DNA of 64,000 nt. Source: Escherichia phage vB_EcoM_011D4. Each line of letters starts with the position of its first letter. The first letter of the stretch is position 1. The translations under genes and the position numbers were made by a program. This document shows positions 40,746-48,425 of the stretch, one piece after another. The stretch is taken from the sequence record MT478991.1; one strand, written 5' to 3'. The notes beneath the pieces are model-generated. The model worked only from the letters and a program-made list of their open reading frames with translations, ran no database searches and was not told where the DNA came from.

Positions 40746-40774
40746 ATTATAGGGGATCACAGATCCCCTGTCAA
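40746..40774 (-). promoter_or_regulatory. early promoter with palindromic spacer (PeSL-like)
   Basis: Minus strand TTGACA-GGGGATCTGTGATCCCC-TATAAT. Confidence 0.7.
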
Positions 40775-40779
40775 CAACT

Positions 40780-41073
40780 TTATAATGCTTTATATGCGTA
40801 TTTCATAAATTTGTCTGCCACTTCATTGGCATGTTCAGATTCTACGCCTGATTCGAGAACAATAGCTAGGTCGGTTTCGTCATTCCCGCCGTACCAATGA
40901 TTTGATGTTCGATTTTTTTCAATTGGAAATTGGTCACTTTTATCTGTGCGACAAAATACATCTAAATGCTCGTCTATGTAAAAGATCCAATCCTCATAAA
41001 GAATAACGGTATTAGCCAGATTTTTATTGCCTTCAACGAAAGGTTCAGCTACAAATAGCTTAGTTTGTTCCAT
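40780..41073 (-). CDS. HxHW-family-like small protein (paralogue F, divergent)
   Basis: Start at MEQTKLF with RBS GAGGA; IFYIDEHLDVF, NHWY. Confidence 0.4.
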   Translation of the reverse strand: MEQTKLFVAEPFVEGNKNLANTVILYEDWIFYIDEHLDVFCRTDKSDQFPIEKNRTSNHWYGGNDETDLAIVLESGVESEHANEVADKFMKYAYKAL

Positions 41074-41089
41074 AGTAATTTCCTCAAAA

Positions 41090-41281
41090 TTATACAGCTT
41101 CGTAAACTTCCCAATGTCCAACACCAGCACGCTTAACGAAAAGGTTTTCTTTGATGTTATTCATAAACGTCTGGATGGATTTAATGCGGTTGGAAGGTTT
41201 CCAGTCTTCGTTAGCATTGCGGCGATACATTATAACATTACCAGATCGCTTATATTCAGCAACCATTTTAAGACCACACAT
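41090..41281 (-). CDS. hypothetical protein
   Basis: 63 aa, RBS GAGGA; preceded by GGGAG..CTCCC hairpin. Confidence 0.4.
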   Translation of the reverse strand: MCGLKMVAEYKRSGNVIMYRRNANEDWKPSNRIKSIQTFMNNIKENLFVKRAGVGHWEVYEAV

Positions 41282-41337
41282 AATATTATCCTCAATTTGT
41301 GGGAGAGTATTACCCTCCCAATTATTGTTATACTACA

Positions 41338-41640
41338 TTACGCAAAATGGCGTGTCAATGCTTCTTTTGCTGTTCCGCTAAGATTCTCGATCTCTCCTGG
41401 CATAACATCAACCGCCAGAACTTCTACAACATCCTCTGATCCTAACCAGTGAGTATGACCTTTGTAGAACTTGATATCCCATTTAACGCTATCGCTAGCC
41501 CACCACACATCACCGTCGATAAAGTTGATGTAAAGCACACTACGCCACATTGAATTAATTACTTTCAATACTGCGCCTTTCATCTCTTCCACGGTATGGT
41601 CTTCCATTTTGAAGACCTCACCTACCTGAACTTTTGCCAT
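41338..41640 (-). CDS. HxHW-family small protein (paralogue E)
   Basis: 100 aa; YINFIDGDVWW, HTHW, VLAVDV. Confidence 0.5.
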   Translation of the reverse strand: MAKVQVGEVFKMEDHTVEEMKGAVLKVINSMWRSVLYINFIDGDVWWASDSVKWDIKFYKGHTHWLGSEDVVEVLAVDVMPGEIENLSGTAKEALTRHFA

Positions 41641-41657
41641 TTAGTCACCTCTCTTTA

Positions 41658-41837
41658 TTACATAACAATCACGCCAGCCGTTGAAAGTTGATGTTTCAAC
41701 TGAGCATTTTCTGCTACCGTCAAATCAATGATTTCTTGTGACGCTGCAATCATATAGCCATTGGTGATATTGTTTTGCATCAGTTCAATGGTTTCTTCGT
41801 TGTAGCGGATTTTAGCGATGATTTCGTTGAAGTTCAT
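41658..41837 (-). CDS. hypothetical early protein (59 aa)
   Basis: ATG after GGAGAATCAAT leader; not in ORF track. Confidence 0.4.
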   Translation of the reverse strand: MNFNEIIAKIRYNEETIELMQNNITNGYMIAASQEIIDLTVAENAQLKHQLSTAGVIVM

Positions 41838-41871
41838 AATTGATTCTCCTAGTTCGTTTCGGTATGTGTGT

Positions 41872-41901
41872 ATTATAGGGGAGTTTAACCTCCCCTGTCA
41901 A
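41872..41901 (-). promoter_or_regulatory. early promoter with palindromic spacer (PeSL-like)
   Basis: Minus strand TTGACA-GGGGAGGTTAAACTCCCC-TATAAT. Confidence 0.65.
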
Positions 41902-41911
41902 CAACTTTTTT

Positions 41912-42223
41912 TTAAAGTTTTTCCATGATAACGGTCATAATTACATCTTCTGCGCGAGCGGTCAGATTATCAGCGTCAGCATGTGGGCGGTTGGTTGTTA
42001 CAGAGATAACACCGTTGCGCACTGGTTTGATATTGATATCAAGATGATCCGCGAAACGTTCGCCAGTTACAGAATGAATTTTGGTGTTAAATTCTTTTGC
42101 CAGTGCCTTGCGAACTTCACGAATCAGGATAGCGTTTTTCAGTTGGTTCTCTGCGCTCATGGTCTTCTGGGTGTTCATGGTTCCGTCGAAGTCAATCATT
42201 GGCAGCGTTACGATGTATTTCAT
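41912..42223 (-). CDS. hypothetical protein, paralogue of 38638..38925
   Basis: 103 aa; shared NAI.IR..R.A.AKEFN.K segment. Confidence 0.5.
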   Translation of the reverse strand: MKYIVTLPMIDFDGTMNTQKTMSAENQLKNAILIREVRKALAKEFNTKIHSVTGERFADHLDINIKPVRNGVISVTTNRPHADADNLTARAEDVIMTVIMEKL

Positions 42224-42268
42224 TTTTTATTCTCCGTTTAAGAAAGTGTGTTTCGTTTTGATGTGTGT

Positions 42269-42297
42269 AGTATAGGGGATCGGTGATCCCCTGTCAA
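42269..42297 (-). promoter_or_regulatory. early promoter with palindromic spacer (PeSL-like)
   Basis: Minus strand TTGACA-GGGGATCACCGATCCCC-TATACT. Confidence 0.65.
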
Positions 42298-42310
42298 CAA
42301 CTTTTTTGAA

Positions 42311-42655
42311 TTATTTTTTCATGAGCTTAATTGCTTCTTCCATAGCCAACACATTTCGATAGTTAGGGTATCGTGTTAGATCGTCATACATTCGCTTAAG
42401 GGTGGAAACTTCCTCAAACTCTGGGTTTTCTAGATACAGTTGAACAAATTGTTTCTCTACCATCTCTGCTTTTAGCTTGTCTGCTTGTTCCTGTTCATAT
42501 GATTTAGTTGGACCCAACACCAACAAAATGATAAAGGTGATCAACGGGCTAATGATCAATGATAGGATAACATAACCGATAACGCTACGGTTTAAACGGC
42601 TTGCATACATGCCTACCAGGAAAACAAAAAGGATATAGATAAACAGAAAGAACAT
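42311..42655 (-). CDS. small membrane protein (two N-terminal TM helices)
   Basis: 114 aa; hydrophobic MFFLFIYILFVFLVGMY and VILSLIISPLITFIILLVLG. Confidence 0.55.
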   Translation of the reverse strand: MFFLFIYILFVFLVGMYASRLNRSVIGYVILSLIISPLITFIILLVLGPTKSYEQEQADKLKAEMVEKQFVQLYLENPEFEEVSTLKRMYDDLTRYPNYRNVLAMEEAIKLMKK

Positions 42656-42662
42656 ATAATGG

Positions 42663-43136
42663 CTACTCCTTATTTTCGCGCTCGTACTTTTCGAAATAAA
42701 ATTCTACTGGCTGGTCATGAATTGACAGCAAGCCAAAGCGTTTAGCCGCTCGCAATCCCATATTGCGCTGAATGTACTTCTGGAAGTTCTCGCGTATACA
42801 CTTACGCCAGTATTCTAAGCCCATACAACTTTTATAAAGATTGCATTGCACACACGCCGGATTCATGTTATCAAGTATATCATGTTCCGGTTTATGCATT
42901 CCTACAACCTTATACTTCCACGATCCATCATCATTACGGGCAATTCGTCCATTTTCATCATAGACTACCTTTGAGCGTCGCAATACTGGTTTGATGTGGT
43001 CTGCGTGCCAGCGATCCCCTAGTTCCTCGCCACAATAGGCACAACGTCCACCATATTTCATTTTCAGGATCTGGCGTTGCTCTTTCTTTGACAATTTTTT
43101 AGGTTTAGGGGCTTTCGCCCCTTCATTATCACACAT
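42663..43136 (-). CDS. HNH endonuclease (putative freestanding homing endonuclease)
   Basis: 157 aa; CAYCGEELGDRWHADHIKP...HDILDNMNPACVQCN; start overlaps ligase stop by 8 nt. Confidence 0.7.
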   Translation of the reverse strand: MCDNEGAKAPKPKKLSKKEQRQILKMKYGGRCAYCGEELGDRWHADHIKPVLRRSKVVYDENGRIARNDDGSWKYKVVGMHKPEHDILDNMNPACVQCNLYKSCMGLEYWRKCIRENFQKYIQRNMGLRAAKRFGLLSIHDQPVEFYFEKYERENKE

Positions 43137-44631
43137 CGAATACCTCTTTTACTGTATTTGCAGTGGTCTTGTCGTAGCGAATACGTTTGATGATTGGGAG
43201 AAATAAAGAGAACTCCGGTTCATCTTCTTTACGTGATTTGCTGCGGATATACCCGTTGCATGTCATCTCAATGACTTTTCCAATCAGGTTATGACGGTCA
43301 GCCCATAACATTTCTCGGTCGAGTTCATTTCGACGATCGAACGGAATTACACGTTCAATACCAACATCATCTTTTTCGGTTGTGGTGTCTGTCAATCCCG
43401 ATCCGGTGTTAGTCGTCATTCGTCCGCACGCACTACGGACAGTAAAACCGCCTACCTTATTGGGGTCTTTACTATGCGGATATACATCAACAATTTCCGC
43501 GTCGAAGTCAATCACTTCTTTAAATTTAACCTGATCTTTACTACGGCGATCTTCAAATACACCATGTAAATTTTTAAGGATAATACCTTCTAAGCCCATG
43601 TTTACATAACGATGATATACTTCGCGAGCTTCATCGATATTGTTAACTACAGTGTTTTCGATGATCTGAACACGAGGATCGTTAAGTTCTTCAACAATCT
43701 GTTTTAGTTCTTCGAATCGATCTTTATATTGCTTCGTTGCCTTCTCGTTTCCATAATACACATCACGGTCGATAACATCCCAGACAGTGTAAACAATACA
43801 TTGGGCTTCTTCTTTTGGAATAGTTCCTTTAAGTGATTTGTTGAGGATACCATTTCCGGTCTGACGATCTGCAACAACGGATTGTTTCACTGCTTCCGCT
43901 ACTGGCGTTAATGGCATTTCCTCTTCTTCAAATATCCATGACAGAGTACCATCATAAACGCTTTCAACGAAGTTCTGCGCTGGTGTTTGCGAAAGGGTAG
44001 GCATATATACCAATTCGCCATCTAGAACAATTCCACGGCCTCGTAGACGCTCTAAAACCGCAAACAAATCATCAAGTCCTTGATAGGTATTACCTGAGCG
44101 GGTATAGATTGCTAATGTTTCCCCGTCAATATCAGCCATACCACGAGCGCCATCGCTTTTAAGTTGTGCATACGCCGGATACTTGATATTAGCAATAGTC
44201 TTATCAGAACATGACGATGCAAGGTGGCACGGCTGCTGGGGGATCAGTTTCTTCCATACCTTGTTTGCAGTGGTAGCTGAACAGCCGCATTCCAGATCAC
44301 GATTCAGGACCATCATTGCAACTTTAGCATCATCCTCTGACAAGCAAGTCAGAGTATCGGTAACTAGCTGTATTGCTGCATTACCAGTTACTTGACGCGT
44401 GGCAAGTTTATTTTTAAAGACCTGTAATGCACCGGATAAAGACAATACAGACGAATAGCGAGATGGTTTATCGTATTTCTTTACGCCAAACGTAACCTGT
44501 TTGCAATATGCCAGATAAAAGCATTCTTTCAGCGTTTCATTGCTTGCAGATTCTTTCAGGATCTTTTCTTTCAGCGATGTTTTGTCGGTTGCTGCAAGCT
44601 GATTAATGATATTAAGAATTGACATTTTCAC
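43129..44631 (-). CDS. 30: ATP-dependent DNA ligase gp30
   Basis: 500 aa; KSDGARG adenylation motif, LDGELVY, EGIILKN; similar to T4 ligase throughout. Confidence 0.95.
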   Translation of the reverse strand: MKMSILNIINQLAATDKTSLKEKILKESASNETLKECFYLAYCKQVTFGVKKYDKPSRYSSVLSLSGALQVFKNKLATRQVTGNAAIQLVTDTLTCLSEDDAKVAMMVLNRDLECGCSATTANKVWKKLIPQQPCHLASSCSDKTIANIKYPAYAQLKSDGARGMADIDGETLAIYTRSGNTYQGLDDLFAVLERLRGRGIVLDGELVYMPTLSQTPAQNFVESVYDGTLSWIFEEEEMPLTPVAEAVKQSVVADRQTGNGILNKSLKGTIPKEEAQCIVYTVWDVIDRDVYYGNEKATKQYKDRFEELKQIVEELNDPRVQIIENTVVNNIDEAREVYHRYVNMGLEGIILKNLHGVFEDRRSKDQVKFKEVIDFDAEIVDVYPHSKDPNKVGGFTVRSACGRMTTNTGSGLTDTTTEKDDVGIERVIPFDRRNELDREMLWADRHNLIGKVIEMTCNGYIRSKSRKEDEPEFSLFLPIIKRIRYDKTTANTVKEVFDV

Positions 44632-45091
44632 CTCGTTTTGTTAAACGTTCACGAATATCATTGAGGATACTACAAAATTCCGATTCAGTCAATATAGTCT
44701 TTAACGGATCAGTTCCACCTATACTATGACGTAATTTCTTATTTCCGGTAGAGAGTAATGCTTTACAAAATTCTGGGTTATTCTGTGCCATCGTAACAAA
44801 TGCCAGATGTACCAGTCTGTAATAATGCTCACTCATTCGATGAATCGGGCGACCCTGAAAATATAACATGTGATTCTCAATCTTTTCAGTTCTTCCGGTT
44901 CTTTTTGCTTTGCCGCCGTGCATCAAAAAGATTTCTCTTTGTCTCTGAGGGTTCTTAAATCTTAGCCCCTGTAAAAATCCTTCTGTGCTGTTAATATCGC
45001 AACCAAATAGACGGAATGGTCTTTTATTGAAATTACTCAATTCACCCGATGGATAAGGTCCACCCGCATAGATATCAATTTCAGAAGTCAT
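44612..45091 (-). CDS. NADAR-domain (YbiA-like, DUF1768) protein
   Basis: 159 aa; GELSNFNKRPF...NSTEGFLQGLRF...GGKAKRTGR...LLSTG match NADAR conserved blocks. Confidence 0.65.
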   Translation of the reverse strand: MTSEIDIYAGGPYPSGELSNFNKRPFRLFGCDINSTEGFLQGLRFKNPQRQREIFLMHGGKAKRTGRTEKIENHMLYFQGRPIHRMSEHYYRLVHLAFVTMAQNNPEFCKALLSTGNKKLRHSIGGTDPLKTILTESEFCSILNDIRERLTKRGENVNS

Positions 45092-45245
45092 TGAAACTAA
45101 TCTCGCTAATCAGAGAGAACGGATCATAATCGTCATTAGGAATATCGATAGTAATCGAATGAGGATTTACCCATACACCAAACTGGTCTTCTTCGGTGAA
45201 TACTTCGGTATGGATTTCGTGGATGTTTACATTCATAGTTTTCAT
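45081..45245 (-). CDS. small hypothetical protein (54 aa)
   Basis: RBS AAGGAA upstream of ATG; overlaps NADAR start by 11 nt; not in ORF track. Confidence 0.35.
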   Translation of the reverse strand: MKTMNVNIHEIHTEVFTEEDQFGVWVNPHSITIDIPNDDYDPFSLISEISFNDF

Positions 45246-45289
45246 AATAAAATTCCTTAATAATCAATAACTTACAAAATCATATAGCC

Positions 45290-45316
45290 AAAATATAGGC
45301 GGGATTATTTCCCGCC
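45290..45316 (-). terminator. terminator hairpin after gp31 (minus strand)
   Basis: Minus strand GGCGGGAAATAATCCCGCC + TATATTTT. Confidence 0.5.
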
Positions 45317-45327
45317 GTTTAAAATCA

Positions 45328-45651
45328 TTAACCGTAAACTACCACAATATTCTGTTTGTGCGTTACAGTCCATTTCAGGTCGATCTCTTCTTCCTTCTTA
45401 ACGCCGTTAATAACGTCTGGATGAGGAACTTTATTCATCTTGCCATGTGGCAGTAGAACAGTTTTACCCAGCAATTCTTTATCTACCGTTTCACCAATAT
45501 CAATAATCTTACCTACCAGCGGAATCTCACCCATAGTGCGCTTTTGCTCAATAATGATCCCCATAGAGCTTTTTACTTCGGTCCCTGCGCTTTCTGCTTT
45601 AGCTTCGATAATTACATAATCACCAAGTGCTTTAGGAGTTTTAACGGTCAT
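45328..45651 (-). CDS. 31: co-chaperonin GroES homologue gp31
   Basis: 107 aa GroES-like fold pattern (GDYVIIEAK...GKIIDIG); T4 position next to cd. Confidence 0.8.
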   Translation of the reverse strand: MTVKTPKALGDYVIIEAKAESAGTEVKSSMGIIIEQKRTMGEIPLVGKIIDIGETVDKELLGKTVLLPHGKMNKVPHPDVINGVKKEEEIDLKWTVTHKQNIVVVYG

Positions 45652-45692
45652 AATTTTATTACCTCTTCAAATCAATACAGTTTAATGATGAA

Positions 45693-46013
45693 TTATTTAT
45701 AAATTTCGACGATCTGCTCTGGAGTCAGCCCGTCTACATTAATCAGACTATCAAGCCCAAAACTACGGAAACCTTCAACTGCAATTTCATATACTGGCAA
45801 AGATGTTTCTGATTCTTTACGCGGTTTTTCAACATTCGGAACTAACCACTTTTCGTATGTTTCAAACGGCATCAGTGCCGGATCTCGCGTGGCGATCATC
45901 TCACGGACAGTACCATCTTTCTTAGTAAACTGCAAAGAGTGAGTACCGACCGAAAACATTTTCTTTAGTGCTTCACGAAGTGCGATATTATCAACTTGTT
46001 CAGTCATTATCAA
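45693..46013 (-). CDS. hypothetical protein
   Basis: 106-aa ORF between cd and gp31. Confidence 0.5.
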   Translation of the reverse strand: MIMTEQVDNIALREALKKMFSVGTHSLQFTKKDGTVREMIATRDPALMPFETYEKWLVPNVEKPRKESETSLPVYEIAVEGFRSFGLDSLINVDGLTPEQIVEIYK

Positions 46014-46506
46014 TACCCTTCAAATCAGTCAATAATGCTTTTGGAATACGCGTGATCGTAATATCTGCATTATTCAGAATATCAGCCCAATCACGCCCAC
46101 CATTTCGATCATATGTGTCGCAATAGTATAAATGTTTAATTCCACTGTTTGCAATTGCTTTAGCGCAATCTGGACACGGTGAAGCAGTACACCACATACT
46201 AGCGCCTTCAATCGATACACCGCTACGGGCAGCAAACAAAATAGCATTTAATTCAGCATGGATCTCGTTTTTCTGTGACCATGCACTATGCTCTGGTCGT
46301 TTTTCTGGGATCATTTTGCCGTCATCATCCAGCCAACCGTTTTTATGTGCATGACAGCTACAATTTACTTGCCCTGCTGGAGTTCCGTTAAATCCAGTAG
46401 AAATGATTCGCCCGTCTTTTTCGATCAGTGCGCCTACCTTCCACGAAACACATTTAGAGTTCTTTGCGATCAGATAGGCGATCTGCATGTAAGTTTGTGA
46501 CAACAT
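46000..46506 (-). CDS. cd: dCMP deaminase
   Basis: 168 aa; zinc motifs HAELNA and PCPDC. Confidence 0.9.
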   Translation of the reverse strand: MLSQTYMQIAYLIAKNSKCVSWKVGALIEKDGRIISTGFNGTPAGQVNCSCHAHKNGWLDDDGKMIPEKRPEHSAWSQKNEIHAELNAILFAARSGVSIEGASMWCTASPCPDCAKAIANSGIKHLYYCDTYDRNGGRDWADILNNADITITRIPKALLTDLKGIDND

Positions 46507-46527
46507 AATATAATCCTCACATATTAA

Positions 46528-46731
46528 TTAACCGTATACGCGAAAGTATTCTACTGATCCGTCGCTATACTGTTTTACATTGAATGTATTCACACCATGA
46601 TTATTTCTCATGATGACATATAAACTACGACGTTCATCGCTAAACGGCATAACTGGCGCGGGTTCAATATCAACACTAAAACCACGTTTAGCAAGTGCTT
46701 CGCCTAATTGCTTGATTTTATCGGTAAACAT
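46528..46731 (-). CDS. hypothetical protein
   Basis: 67-aa ORF. Confidence 0.45.
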   Translation of the reverse strand: MFTDKIKQLGEALAKRGFSVDIEPAPVMPFSDERRSLYVIMRNNHGVNTFNVKQYSDGSVEYFRVYG

Positions 46732-47609
46732 TAAAAGTCTCCGTAGTTAACCTGAAAACATTCTACACCAATTGAGCGGTACATGTCAACCACTTGATCA
46801 CGATCATCTACTGCCAACACAACATGATAACGCGGTGCAATTTCAGTGAAGAAAATCTCTTTCTTCACTTCATGATCAGGACGACGATCATTAGTTTCAC
46901 GTTGAAAGTGATCACTCGGTTCAATACCCTGTTCACGCAACCATTGCAGAGTATCTTCTTCGCAAACATCCTCACGCCCTGAGCATGTAATGATACGATA
47001 GCCATTATCACGATACAGTTTAAGCATTTCGATCACTTGCGGACGTGGTTTATCTTCTTTGACCTTTGTCCAGTCAAACGGATGACGACCGCCCTTATCC
47101 GCTAATGTTCCATCAATATCAAAGATCACTGCCTTCGGCAGCATGGTATTCGGTTTGTATACTTCTTGACCCATATATTCCTGCATCAGATAAAATTGGT
47201 TACGCAAATGAGAAAGTGGAATTGCTTTCTCACCGCGATAGAAATTACGTTTCTTTAGTGTCTCAAATGATTCATTGAACACTTGTTCAGTATACACCGC
47301 GTTAAATTCTTTTGCAAGTTCTTTGTAGAATACACGATGTTTTTCTTTCAGGTTGGTATCAGAGATAATGATACTCAATCCGCGTGATAGAGTCTCGCGA
47401 GCAATCATTCTCTGAATAGACTCTACCAGCTTTTCCTTTTCCTTAGTATATTTGTATTTCAAAGGTGAGTCAACACCAAACAACATAAGACGAAGATCAT
47501 CACGATTCACATTACGATAATTACTAAACCGTTTACACGTTTCCATAGCCCATGTAGTTTTACCGGACCCAGAACAACCAACGGTTAAAATCACTTCACA
47601 TTTCGGCAT
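46731..47609 (-). CDS. pseT: polynucleotide 5'-kinase/3'-phosphatase PseT
   Basis: 292 aa; P-loop GCSGSGKTT plus HAD motif DIDGTL; similar to T4 Pnk. Confidence 0.93.
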   Translation of the reverse strand: MPKCEVILTVGCSGSGKTTWAMETCKRFSNYRNVNRDDLRLMLFGVDSPLKYKYTKEKEKLVESIQRMIARETLSRGLSIIISDTNLKEKHRVFYKELAKEFNAVYTEQVFNESFETLKKRNFYRGEKAIPLSHLRNQFYLMQEYMGQEVYKPNTMLPKAVIFDIDGTLADKGGRHPFDWTKVKEDKPRPQVIEMLKLYRDNGYRIITCSGREDVCEEDTLQWLREQGIEPSDHFQRETNDRRPDHEVKKEIFFTEIAPRYHVVLAVDDRDQVVDMYRSIGVECFQVNYGDF

Positions 47610-48061
47610 TATTTCTCCTTCGGTTTACACCGTTCCTCATTGAGTTCTTTGCGATAATAACACATGATCAACTTACTTTCAAGTGTATATCTCTTAATAT
47701 CAGCCAACCAGACTCTAAATTTTTGGGAGTCCTCCCACGACATAGAAACTCTAGGCTTACCGTCTATTGTATCCACTTTCAGGTTAACGTCAACTTTTTC
47801 TATTGGTGTTGGTAGTGGAGGATGTAATTTCGGTTCCTGTGAATAATGGTCCATTGTACACGAAGAAAGCGCAAATACAATAGGTACAGCAAAAACATGG
47901 ATTATGGCGGTCTGGAAATTCTTATGTGCTTTCTTAAACATCCAATGTATTACGAAAATTGAAAACACCATCAGGATAATAATGCTTGCACCTATCCCCA
48001 GATAATCAACCAGATTAAAATTGCTTATCTGCTCTTGCGTAGGCAACATTTCTATGCTCAT
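47609..48061 (-). CDS. putative o-spanin-like lipoprotein / membrane protein
   Basis: 150 aa; hydrophobic N-terminus, LSSC lipobox-like site, Pro-rich periplasmic part; adjacent to pseT like T4 pseT.2. Confidence 0.45.
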   Translation of the reverse strand: MSIEMLPTQEQISNFNLVDYLGIGASIIILMVFSIFVIHWMFKKAHKNFQTAIIHVFAVPIVFALSSCTMDHYSQEPKLHPPLPTPIEKVDVNLKVDTIDGKPRVSMSWEDSQKFRVWLADIKRYTLESKLIMCYYRKELNEERCKPKEK

Positions 48062-48381
48062 TTAGTAGCCTCCTTTAATTCTTCGGTAAACTCCTTAAAT
48101 GAGTCATTAAGCTGTTTCTCTACCAACTTGGGTTTTTGTGCTACTACATAGCCTCGTGTAGCGTCTTTCATTGCTTTGTTTTGTTCTTCGGCAAACTTAG
48201 TTCTTATTCCGTACATCTCCTTTTGTAGTGAGTCTACAATCTTCATCTTCTCATCGGTCTTTTTCTTATACTCTGTAAATTCCTGATTCAGTCGATCTAC
48301 CTCCTTTTTATTTTCCCACCACATATTGCCACCTACCCCCAACAACACAGATATGATAACAATGTATATCAGCTTTGACAT
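48058..48381 (-). CDS. putative i-spanin
   Basis: Start at MSKLIYIVIISVLLGV (one N-terminal TM) then charged helical domain; T4 pseT.3 position. Confidence 0.5.
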   Translation of the reverse strand: MSKLIYIVIISVLLGVGGNMWWENKKEVDRLNQEFTEYKKKTDEKMKIVDSLQKEMYGIRTKFAEEQNKAMKDATRGYVVAQKPKLVEKQLNDSFKEFTEELKEATK

Positions 48382-48395
48382 ATTACCCCCAACGA

Positions 48396-48420
48396 CAAAA
48401 GGCGGGGAACTAGCCCCGCT
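48396..48420 (-). terminator. terminator hairpin after rnlA (minus strand)
   Basis: Minus strand GCGGGGCTAGTTCCCCGC + TTTT. Confidence 0.5.
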
Positions 48421-48425
48421 TATTA

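Noticed and set aside
34865-42297. Possible CRISPR array suggested by recurring GC-rich palindromes
   Set aside because: The repeats are 200-700 bp apart with protein-coding genes between them, each is embedded in a -35/-10 promoter consensus, and the palindrome sequences vary; this is a promoter/hairpin family, not a CRISPR array.
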